Positions 25,055-32,240 are shown, counted from the stretch's first letter. The stretch: DNA of 36,013 nucleotides from a virus (IMGVR_UViG_3300040801_003188:1-36013), one strand, 5' to 3'. Program-made: numbers and translations. Notes: a model not told the origin generated them from the sequence alone.

Positions 25055-25396
25055 TTAAAACTGGAACCCTACCGTGGCACGAATCACTTCAGCGTCATGC
25101 GATCGGCCATAGGAAAATGACACTGTTGGGGCGTGGTCGCCGATACTACGGTGCGTCAGAGTTACGCCAGCCCCAGTCGGGCCATTGAGCACGCCTGCAC
25201 CGCCAAAGTCGATTCGGGTTCGGCCCGGGTCCGGCGTTACACTGGGCAGGGCCATTGCAGCAGCCAAATGGTCACTGGTTTCCTCCACCACAGTGATGTT
25301 GGTTTCCTCCACCACAGTGATCGGGGGGTCAATTTCCTTGCCTCCGGCAAAAACCGAGCAGGGCACCAATGCAGCAAACAAAACAAACTTTTTCAT
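25055..25396 (-). CDS. Secreted mini outer-membrane protein resembling a headless trimeric autotransporter (YadA-type anchor)
   Basis: The signal peptide is MKKFVLFAALVPCSVFA|GG, with AGGAGA RBS. ITVVEET[NS] is tandemly repeated. The C-terminal ~70 aa (LAAAMALPSVTPDPGRTRIDFGGAGVLNGPTGAGVTLTHRS...IRATVGFQF) resemble the YadA anchor consensus and end in an OMP-type terminal Phe. Confidence 0.5.
   Translation of the reverse strand: MKKFVLFAALVPCSVFAGGKEIDPPITVVEETNITVVEETSDHLAAAMALPSVTPDPGRTRIDFGGAGVLNGPTGAGVTLTHRSIGDHAPTVSFSYGRSHDAEVIRATVGFQF
25277..25324. repeat. 24-nt tandem duplication inside the mini-autotransporter gene
   Basis: ggtttcctccaccacagtgat occurs at 25277-25297 and 25301-25321. 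Confidence 0.9.
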
Positions 25397-25419
25397 TGCG
25401 TTTCTCCTGGTTGATTTAC

Positions 25420-25650
25420 CTACGTTACGGCTTCGAGCATTGATTTGAATCTCAGCCTGATGAATTCCGGTGCTTTAATTAACACGCGCACCGGCATTTT
25501 TTGGGCCCGTGCTGACCTCACCATTCTGGCGGCCTGATCAACAGACTCGGCCAGGGTACAATTGGTTGCACGGACGTCCCACGACTGGCCGACAGCACGG
25601 ACCACGAAATTGCTGTCGGCCAGTTCTACCCTAACTACGACCTTGTTCAC
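25420..25650 (-). CDS. Hypothetical protein
   Basis: 76 aa. The GTG start overlaps the upstream TGA (GTGA). Confidence 0.5.
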   Translation of the reverse strand: MNKVVVRVELADSNFVVRAVGQSWDVRATNCTLAESVDQAARMVRSARAQKMPVRVLIKAPEFIRLRFKSMLEAVT

Positions 25651-26168
25651 TCCACGTCACCCCTCTGCTTGACCATGGCCCGCATCGCGGCCTTGACGTT
25701 ATCCAGGGTGATATCCCTACGTTTGATTGCCGCACGCAGCCTGTTGCCGCTGTTCATCCGGATCTGGCCGGGGTTCAGGGATTCGTATTTGGCCATCAGC
25801 CAGCCGGGTTCATCCCCGTCCACAGACAGGGCGATTTCCGCAGCCAAACAAACGTCGTTAGGTGACAAAGGACGCAGAACCTCGGCCAATTCGTCTCCCG
25901 TGTTTTGGGTCTTTTTGCCAGAGTAGGAGACGTCCTCGTGGTACCCAGCGCGGTATTTGGCCAGGATTTGGCTCATTTTCCTGCCGTCAGCTGGCGCGTG
26001 ATCCAGCTGGGATTCCCTGGCCTTGATTACTGTGCCGTCTGGGCAGGTGATTTCGTACCACCCTTTCTGGTAACCCGTGACAGTGCCTTCGTAGGTTCCG
26101 GATTTGGTGGTAGCACGAACCTGAGCGCCGTGGTCGAAAGCAGGCGCGTTGTCTGTTTTGCTGGTCAT
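25647..26168 (-). CDS. LNPGQxRM-motif protein with an N-terminal SH3/KOW-like segment (paralogue of 21603..22037)
   Basis: 173 aa. ATG follows AGGAGACAGACCA. It shares a ~75-aa region with 21603..22037 (SG.KT.N.GD..A.VL...Y..LNPGQ.RM..GNR.RA). Confidence 0.6.
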   Translation of the reverse strand: MTSKTDNAPAFDHGAQVRATTKSGTYEGTVTGYQKGWYEITCPDGTVIKARESQLDHAPADGRKMSQILAKYRAGYHEDVSYSGKKTQNTGDELAEVLRPLSPNDVCLAAEIALSVDGDEPGWLMAKYESLNPGQIRMNSGNRLRAAIKRRDITLDNVKAAMRAMVKQRGDVE

Positions 26169-26257
26169 TGGTCTGTCTCCTAGTCGTTGTCTAAAGGTCT
26201 ATTCTAACACAGCTAGTTGCTCGCTGCAAGCCCTGTTTGTTAACCCGTGGGGTCCCC

Positions 26258-26403
26258 GGCTCGGGGCTCCAGGCTCCGGGCTCCAGGGGGGCTCCGGGTC
26301 GCTCGTCCGGACCACCCCTGGACCCTACCTACCCACCCAACCCCTACCTCTCCCCGCGAACTAGAGAGAGAGTTGGAGCCTGGAGCCCGGGAGCCCCGAG
26401 GGG
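26258..26403. repeat. Inverted arrays of the GGCTCCR heptamer flanking a 34-nt G-free tract (G-quadruplex motif on the - strand)
   Basis: GGCTC[CG]R occurs x4-5 at 26258-26296. The complement GGAGCC occurs x3 at 26375-26395. The tract 26322-26355 (accctacctacccacccaacccctacctctcccc) contains no G. Confidence 0.8.
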
Positions 26404-26411
26404 TTTCTTGG

Positions 26412-26600
26412 TTACCGCTTGACGCCCCAGGTCGAAGCGCCCAGCACCCAGACCTCCTCGCCGTCGTCGAACTCCACAATTGGGCACTGACTGCCGAGTT
26501 CCTCGACGTACTCGGCCAGCCGTTCGGCGACTTGGTCGCCAGTCACGGAACTCGGGTGCTCGACCTCGAACTCTAAAACCACTTTGGTAACTCTGTTCAC
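26412..26600 (-). CDS. First early gene: small, strongly acidic protein
   Basis: 62 aa with about 13 D/E versus 5 K/R. The GTG start follows AGACAGGAGACAGCAGAC and lies about 50 nt downstream of the leftward promoter. Confidence 0.6.
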   Translation of the reverse strand: MNRVTKVVLEFEVEHPSSVTGDQVAERLAEYVEELGSQCPIVEFDDGEEVWVLGASTWGVKR

Positions 26601-26655
26601 GTCTGCTGTCTCCTGTCTGGTTTCGGGGTCAGGCGTTCGCCGACCCTACCCCGTA

Positions 26656-26684
26656 ATTGTACCACACAACACCTGGCTGTACAA
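26656..26684 (-). promoter_or_regulatory. Leftward early sigma70-like promoter: TTGTAC-17 nt-TACAAT with TGTGG extended -10
   Basis: The - strand reads TTGTACagccaggtgttgtgtggTACAAT. Confidence 0.6.
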
Positions 26685-26740
26685 CTACCGTTCGTCGGGT
26701 TGTCGGGTTGTCCTTGTGCGCCACGCCCGCCGAACCGCGT

Positions 26741-26758
26741 CCACGCCCCGGGGCGTGG
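26741..26758. promoter_or_regulatory. Palindrome family copy 4
   Basis: ccacgccccggggcgtgg, an 18-nt perfect palindrome. A half-site-like ccacgccc also occurs at 26721-26728. Confidence 0.6.
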
Positions 26759-26922
26759 GAAGCCGAACCAGGAGCCCAGCTGGGGGCTGGGGTTTGCTGT
26801 TCGCGGTTCGCGTACGGAGGGAAGGGGGCTGGCCCCCCCAACCGGGGCCCCCGGACCCCGGACCCCTGGTTTTTCTTCCCAAAATAACGGTCCGAGATTT
26901 TTAATATATTGCATAGTCTTCT

Positions 26923-26944
26923 TCCCACGCTCCGGAGCGTGGGA
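26923..26944. promoter_or_regulatory. Palindrome family copy 5, abutting the -35 of the rightward promoter
   Basis: tcccacgctccggagcgtggga, a 22-nt perfect palindrome. Both central changes (C>T and G>A) are compensatory relative to copies 1, 2 and 4. Confidence 0.65.
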
Positions 26945-26947
26945 GGC

Positions 26948-26976
26948 TTGACTTTAGCCAAACGATGTGGTATACT
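26948..26976 (+). promoter_or_regulatory. Rightward sigma70-like promoter: TTGACT-17 nt-TATACT with TGn extended -10
   Basis: TTGACTttagccaaacgatgtggTATACT. AGGAG (26991-26995) and ATG 27003 follow. Confidence 0.7.
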
Positions 26977-27002
26977 TTGGGGAAGATGGCAGGAGTACCA
27001 AA

Positions 27003-27284
27003 ATGATCAGGTCTGTAATGCCATATCTATTGGATCACCGCCGACAGTTGCCTCCAATTACGCGGCACACTGTTTTGGGTGAGGATGATCTGTCTTTAGC
27101 TGAGCGCGAAGCTATCCTAGATTATAGGCTATTGTGGGATCACATGATAGCTAATTTCGGCAATGAGGTAATGATAGATGGATTCGCAGAAAAGTTCGAA
27201 TCATTTGAGCCAAACAGATACATTGCCGCAGACCCAAGAATTAACCCCGAAAGAACAAGAATGGTGTCTTCATTATTTGGGTAG
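27003..27284 (+). CDS. Hypothetical protein, first gene of the rightward operon
   Basis: ATG 27003 lies 7 nt after AGGAG. The track start (GTG 26967) lies inside the promoter spacer. The 3' 107 nt overlap terS out of frame. Confidence 0.45.
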   Translation: MIRSVMPYLLDHRRQLPPITRHTVLGEDDLSLAEREAILDYRLLWDHMIANFGNEVMIDGFAEKFESFEPNRYIAADPRINPERTRMVSSLFG

Positions 27285-27690
27285 TTTCGATCATCGTGCA
27301 GCGGCCAAAGCCGTTGGCATGAGCCCAGAATCTGGGATAGGGTTTTTGAACCGTCAACATGTGCGGGATTATATTGCGTCGGAAATGGAAAATCGACGCA
27401 ATACTAGTTTGATTTCAAAAGATATGGTACAATTGCGGTGGTTAGCCCTGTTGCCAAAATTGTTGGGGGAAGAAGAATCGCCGTGGTTAACCAAGGAAGG
27501 GGAACAAATATACGGAAAGAAGCTATACGCATCAGAAGCAGTGCGTGCTCTATCAGAGTTATCGCAAATTTCCGAACTCAAGAAACCACCTACCAAGGAT
27601 GGCAAAACGCCAGTAATGGTTCAGCTTAATTTCAGTGGTCTAAATGGCGGAGAAGTCAGGGAGGTTAACATATTGGATCACGAGGGATAA
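27178..27690 (+). CDS. terS: Terminase small subunit (Terminase_2-type HTH)
   Basis: ELTPKEQEWCLHYLGSFDHRAAAKAVGMSPESGIGFLNRQHVRDYI matches the LTpKq..Fc.eYl..gN...AA..AGYS pattern of small terminases. Confidence 0.8.
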   Translation: MDSQKSSNHLSQTDTLPQTQELTPKEQEWCLHYLGSFDHRAAAKAVGMSPESGIGFLNRQHVRDYIASEMENRRNTSLISKDMVQLRWLALLPKLLGEEESPWLTKEGEQIYGKKLYASEAVRALSELSQISELKKPPTKDGKTPVMVQLNFSGLNGGEVREVNILDHEG

Positions 27691-27692
27691 TC

Positions 27693-28025
27693 ATGATTGC
27701 AGAAGAAAAAGAAGCGAGCGCGATTGAGCGGCACGCACAAACTGCGGTGGGTCTGCTCGTTGCCGCCATCGTCGTCTATGTTGGGTGGCAGGCGCAAGGA
27801 CAGGTGGCGCGGCTTGATGAGCGTGTTCTAGCGATGCAGAAAGAGATGGCAATGCTCAGAGATGAGCTCACCGCGAAGATGAGCGACCGTTACTACGGCA
27901 GCGACGCGCGGCGTGACTTTGAGTTGCGCGACAAGCGCCTTGACTCGCTTGACAAGCGCCTTTCTGCCGTCGAGGAAAGGCTTTGGCGGCGGCCTGATCT
28001 GTACCGTCCAGGAGCCGTCAAGTAA
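27693..28025 (+). CDS. Membrane-anchored coiled-coil protein, Rz/i-spanin-like. A GC-rich gene between terS and terL.
   Basis: 110 aa with one TM segment (TAVGLLVAAIVVYVGW) followed by charged helical sequence. Its position mirrors T7 gene 18.5 between genes 18 and 19. It is visibly more GC-rich than both neighbours. Confidence 0.4.
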   Translation: MIAEEKEASAIERHAQTAVGLLVAAIVVYVGWQAQGQVARLDERVLAMQKEMAMLRDELTAKMSDRYYGSDARRDFELRDKRLDSLDKRLSAVEERLWRRPDLYRPGAVK

Positions 28026-28026
28026 C

Positions 28027-29421
28027 ATGGCTATTGAAGTAGTAACCCTGCCCCACGAGTGGCATGCTCGAAGGTATCAGCTTGACCATTTATTTATCCC
28101 TTTATTTGGTGATTTAAATAACCCACAATGGCCATATAATAAAAGGGTAGCCCAAATTTGGCACCGTCGTGCCGGTAAAGACACCTCTTCATTAAATGCC
28201 GTAGCAATGGCAACCCAAATGAGGGTAGGCACTTATTGGCACATGTTGCCGACACTAAATCAAGGTCGTAAGGTTGTTTGGAAGGGCATCAATAAACAGG
28301 GCCAAAGAATAATAGACCAAGTATTCCCGTCTAGTATTAGGGCAAACCAGAACGAAACCGATATGATGATCGAACTTAAAAATGGTTCGATATGGCAAGT
28401 GTTGGGGAGTGATAACTACGATTCTCTTGTTGGAACAAACGTATTGGGCGTAGTGTTTTCAGAATACGCTATTGCAGACCCTGCTGCTTGGGATTTTATA
28501 CGCCCAATTCTAAAAGAGAACGATGGGTTTGCTATATTCCCGTACACCCCCCGAGGCAGAAATCATGGGTACAAACTATACGAAATGGCTAAAACATCGT
28601 CACGTTGGTACGTTTCTCGCCTTACGATCGAGAATACAAAAAAAGATAATGGAACTCCCGTCTTCTCAGAGGAGGATATTCAGGAGGAACGTGACGAGGG
28701 GATGGATGAAGATCTCCTCGAACAGGAATATTACTGCTCGTTTGAGGGGGCTTTACAGGGCGGCGTCTATACGAAACAAATGAAAAAGGTCCGTGCCGAT
28801 GGCAGAATCGGCGACTTTCCTTGGATACCGAATGCTCCCGTTATTACTATATGGGATCTGGGCCACCGTGACCAAAACTTTATTATTTTTGCCCAGGAAG
28901 ATGGCGAGTATTGTCGCATAATAGAAACCATGTCAGGTCGCGGTCGTTCAATGTTGGACTGGATTAAAGAAGTACGTGAAAGACCGTATATATACCATCG
29001 CCATTGGGGTCCTCACGACATAGACACCCATGAGTATTCAACCGGAATGACCAGGGTTGAAACGGCTTCAAAAGTCGGGTTTAATTTTGACAATACCCCA
29101 AATTTGCCTAGAGCCGATGGCATTGATGCTATGCGGTTGTTTTTAAATAGAATTCGTATAAATGAACCAAAAGACCATGGCGGTTTTATTGATGCCTTAG
29201 AGTCATACCATTACGAAAAAGATGAACGCCGACAGGTGTACACTGAAAATCCGGTGCATGATTGGTCATCCCACGGTGCGGATGCTGGCAGGTACCTTGC
29301 TTTGGTGTGGGACTTTAATATAGACCAGCCTCTGTTATCAAGTTCCGGGCAAAACAAAAAAATTAGAGTTATCAATCACCGTGGCGAAGTTGTCCGCCGT
29401 CGTGCTAAAATGAGGGCTTGA
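28027..29421 (+). CDS. terL: Terminase large subunit
   Basis: ATG 28027 (MAIEVVTLPHEW). Walker A-like WHRRAGKDT and Walker B-like LGVVFSEYA are present. About 464 aa, upstream of the portal gene. The track start at 27913 overlaps the previous gene. Confidence 0.8.
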   Translation: MAIEVVTLPHEWHARRYQLDHLFIPLFGDLNNPQWPYNKRVAQIWHRRAGKDTSSLNAVAMATQMRVGTYWHMLPTLNQGRKVVWKGINKQGQRIIDQVFPSSIRANQNETDMMIELKNGSIWQVLGSDNYDSLVGTNVLGVVFSEYAIADPAAWDFIRPILKENDGFAIFPYTPRGRNHGYKLYEMAKTSSRWYVSRLTIENTKKDNGTPVFSEEDIQEERDEGMDEDLLEQEYYCSFEGALQGGVYTKQMKKVRADGRIGDFPWIPNAPVITIWDLGHRDQNFIIFAQEDGEYCRIIETMSGRGRSMLDWIKEVRERPYIYHRHWGPHDIDTHEYSTGMTRVETASKVGFNFDNTPNLPRADGIDAMRLFLNRIRINEPKDHGGFIDALESYHYEKDERRQVYTENPVHDWSSHGADAGRYLALVWDFNIDQPLLSSSGQNKKIRVINHRGEVVRRRAKMRA

Positions 29422-29423
29422 AC

Positions 29424-31052
29424 ATGGATTGCATGCATTTAAAAAAGCGGTTTGAATCAGTAAAAGCCGAGCGGTCTTCTATTGAGCACGTATGGGATCT
29501 CATTGAACGATTTGTTACACCGTACCGTGGGAAAATGTTTTCAGACATCAAGTCTGAAAGTTCAATGGATTGGCGCAACCGCGAAATGTGGGATTCAACC
29601 GCAGTTTCAGCAGCCGACGTATTGGCTGCTGCCTTGTATTCTGGTTTGCATTCCGGTAAATGGTTCAGTGCCCGTTTTAGGGACAAAAAAGTTCAAGCCA
29701 ACAAAGAAGCAAGGGAGTGGATTGAAGCAAGTTCTAATATTTGTTTGTCCCAGCTAAATGAGTCTAATTTTGAACTAGAAGCCGGGGAGACGTACCTTGA
29801 TCTGGCTAGCTTGGCTTCTTCAATCATTATGGAAGAAGCCAAAGAAAAAGATGGTGAATACCAAGGTCTATTGTTTGAATCCATGCCTCTAAAACATTGT
29901 TTTTTTGAAGAAGATTCCAGTGGCGGGATAAAAAGGTTTTATCGCAGGTATGAGTGGACACCCACACAAATAGTGGACAAGTTTGGGATAGAAAATGTCC
30001 CGATATCGATCAAAGAAAAATCTGACGCTGCTAGTCAACGCAAAATAACGGTTATATTTGCGGTTTATGACAGGCCACATATGGCCAAAAACGTAAACTC
30101 TAGTAAAATCCTGGCCCCAGATCAAAGGCCGTTTGGTTCTAAGTATTTTTTGCTTAACACCGGCGAACAATTAGGGCAAGAGAGCGGGTACTACGAAATG
30201 CCAGCTTATATAGCCCGGTTTAGGAAGAGTAACGACTCAAAGTGGGGCCACGGTCCCGCCACGATAGCAATGAATGATATTTTGACCATAAATCAATTGG
30301 TCGAAATGGTTTTCGCTGCCGCAGAAAAGGCCATTGACCCAGCTAATTTGATTCAAGAACGAACTCTTATATCCGACTTGGATCTAGGGTCTGGGGGCTA
30401 TACGGTTGTACGCAACATCGATGGGATTAAGGCGTATGAGTCTAGAGCCCGATTTGATGTTTCTGAAATAAATTATGAGAAGTTGCAACAAAAAATTGAA
30501 AGAGCTTTCTATGTAGATAAACTATCACTTCGAGAGAGTCCTGCAATCAGAAGTGCCACAGAAGTTGAAATGCGTTATCGTATGTTGCAAAGGATTCTCG
30601 GCCCCACTGTAACCAGAATTCAAACAGATTTTTTGAATAAGGTTGTTGAAAGAACATTTAGGATACTGTTGAGAGCAGGCGAATTACCCGATCCCCCAGC
30701 GGTGTTAGCGGGCCAGGACGTTAATATGGATATACAGTATTTTGGTCCTTTGCACAGATCTCAGAAAGCGGAAGATGTGCAAAACGTTCAATTGTGGCTA
30801 GAAATGCTTGCAGCGATATCCGCTGTTGATCAGAATGTGGTTGATATACCGGATGCTGATCAGATAGCATTGGGTTCAGCGGACATGTTGGGCGTACCGG
30901 CTCTGTTTATAAGGGGGACCGAAGACATTCAGAAAGCCCGCGAACAGCGGCAAAAGATGATGATGGAGCAAATGTCGGCACAACAGGCCAACATAGATGC
31001 CGATACCGCACAAAAGTTTGCTAAGGCAGAGTCACAGACGAGGGTACAGTGA
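29424..31052 (+). CDS. Portal (head-to-tail connector) protein
   Basis: 542 aa from ATG 29424, 7 nt after GAGGG. Size and position between terL and scaffold fit a portal. The C-terminal tail is helical and acidic/Gln-rich. Confidence 0.75.
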   Translation: MDCMHLKKRFESVKAERSSIEHVWDLIERFVTPYRGKMFSDIKSESSMDWRNREMWDSTAVSAADVLAAALYSGLHSGKWFSARFRDKKVQANKEAREWIEASSNICLSQLNESNFELEAGETYLDLASLASSIIMEEAKEKDGEYQGLLFESMPLKHCFFEEDSSGGIKRFYRRYEWTPTQIVDKFGIENVPISIKEKSDAASQRKITVIFAVYDRPHMAKNVNSSKILAPDQRPFGSKYFLLNTGEQLGQESGYYEMPAYIARFRKSNDSKWGHGPATIAMNDILTINQLVEMVFAAAEKAIDPANLIQERTLISDLDLGSGGYTVVRNIDGIKAYESRARFDVSEINYEKLQQKIERAFYVDKLSLRESPAIRSATEVEMRYRMLQRILGPTVTRIQTDFLNKVVERTFRILLRAGELPDPPAVLAGQDVNMDIQYFGPLHRSQKAEDVQNVQLWLEMLAAISAVDQNVVDIPDADQIALGSADMLGVPALFIRGTEDIQKAREQRQKMMMEQMSAQQANIDADTAQKFAKAESQTRVQ

Positions 31053-31300
31053 TGAGTGCACGAGACCAAGTTAAGCGCATCAAAGAAATAGAGCGGAATA
31101 TTTTGCCAAAGCGTGATGTGTTTCGTAGAGTTTTTGATAACGTGGACGGTCAACAGGTGCTACAATATCTAAAGGATGAATTTGAACCGTCGATGTTGTT
31201 TAATCCGGACCCATACGTTACCACATGTCGTGCAGCACAGCGTGATGTAATTCGTTATATCGAAGATCTTATGAACTATGAGGAGAAGAGCGATGTTTAA
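31049..31300 (+). CDS. Small conserved head-module protein (Bbp19-like)
   Basis: 83 aa. VFDNVDGQQVLQYLKDEF...RAAQRDVIRYIEDLM fits my recollection of the Bbp19-like domain found after portal genes. Confidence 0.45.
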   Translation: MMSARDQVKRIKEIERNILPKRDVFRRVFDNVDGQQVLQYLKDEFEPSMLFNPDPYVTTCRAAQRDVIRYIEDLMNYEEKSDV

Positions 31301-32240
31301 TAAAAATCCAATTAAAATGCATGCAGACCCCGACAACAGCGGATCCGCAGGCGATGGTTCTAGTACAACTAATAACCCCGACAATGAAGATTGGCGCAGC
31401 GGGTTGCCGGAAGATTTGCGTGCGTCGCCTGCCATTAAAGACATACCAGATGTTGTAACATTGACTAAATCTTTTCTAGATACTCAGTCAATGGTAGGGA
31501 ATTCTATCAGAATTCCAACTGAAAACGCTAGTGAAGAAGACCGTAAGGTGTTTTTGGATAAAATAATTGAAAAGGTGCCAGATCTTATTTTGCGCCCCGA
31601 CGTAACAAAGGGCGAAGAAAAGGAATCTTTGTACGCCATGCTCGGCAGGCCCAATGAGCCTACCGGATACAAAATTCCAGAGGTCGAAGGCGTGGAGTCT
31701 GTTGATGTTGAAATGGCCAAAGCTTTTGGTGAGATTGCTCATGCTCATGGTCTTAATCAAGATCAATATTCTGGTATACTGTCGGCTATCGTAAAAAACA
31801 CTGCTCAGGCCGCCGAAATTTCGGCCAACGAGATTAAGCAATCCAGAGAACAATTGCGTCAGGACTGGGGCCTAGCGTACGATAAGAACATGGCCCTAGT
31901 GGAATCGGTTGTAGCATCTACCAAAGCCCCGCAGGAATTGGTGGATGCCGTAAAATCAGGTGAACTTGGCCCCGATACCAGTAAATGGTTGTTGTCTGTT
32001 GCACAATCATTGGGGTCGGAACCAAATAGCATAGGGTCCGAAGCGGACCAGGATAGTTCAGTAATTACGCCAGCAGAAGCTAAGGCCCAAATTAGTGAAA
32101 TCATGAATAACAAAAAGCATCCATATTGGGTGACATCTGATCCGTACCATCAAGATGCGGTAAAGAAAATGGTTGAACTGCATCGTATGGCTAATCCTGG
32201 GGCGGCTAGGAGGCAGGTTCCGGAGTCCGCCAGATATTGA
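31293..32240 (+). CDS. Scaffolding protein
   Basis: ATG 31293 lies 7 nt after GAGGAG. The protein is acidic and helical. The motif W.SGLPEDLRASPAIKDIPDVVTLTKSFLDTQSMVG is typical of phage scaffolds. It sits directly upstream of the capsid gene. Confidence 0.65.
   Translation: MFNKNPIKMHADPDNSGSAGDGSSTTNNPDNEDWRSGLPEDLRASPAIKDIPDVVTLTKSFLDTQSMVGNSIRIPTENASEEDRKVFLDKIIEKVPDLILRPDVTKGEEKESLYAMLGRPNEPTGYKIPEVEGVESVDVEMAKAFGEIAHAHGLNQDQYSGILSAIVKNTAQAAEISANEIKQSREQLRQDWGLAYDKNMALVESVVASTKAPQELVDAVKSGELGPDTSKWLLSVAQSLGSEPNSIGSEADQDSSVITPAEAKAQISEIMNNKKHPYWVTSDPYHQDAVKKMVELHRMANPGAARRQVPESARY

Noticed and set aside
26258-26403. Heptamer arrays as a CRISPR array or satellite
   Set aside because: The units are 7 nt with no spacers, far too short for CRISPR repeats. 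The arrays are in inverted orientation and there are no cas genes.
26729-26769. 8-bp direct repeat GCCGAACC flanking palindrome copy 4, as a target-site duplication of a MITE-like mobile hairpin
   Set aside because: None of the other four copies has flanking direct repeats. A single 8-mer coincidence in GC-rich low-complexity DNA is not convincing.
26149-26961. About a dozen overlapping ORFs on both strands (e.g. 26247..26576, 26597..26914, 26629..26961, 26700..26951) in the GC-rich control region
   Set aside because: Their translations are low-complexity Pro/Gly/Arg/Ala strings. They overlap each other in several frames, lack RBSs, and span the two promoters and palindrome copies. They are open only because GC-rich DNA has few stop codons. 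Only 26412..26600 (-) has a proper initiation context.
27913-28026. 5' extension of the terL ORF (MTLSCATSALTRL...) as an embedded Rz1-like o-spanin lipoprotein
   Set aside because: The only Cys follows just four residues, so there is no signal peptide or lipobox context. The frame simply continues into terL, and ATG 28027 is the sensible terL start.
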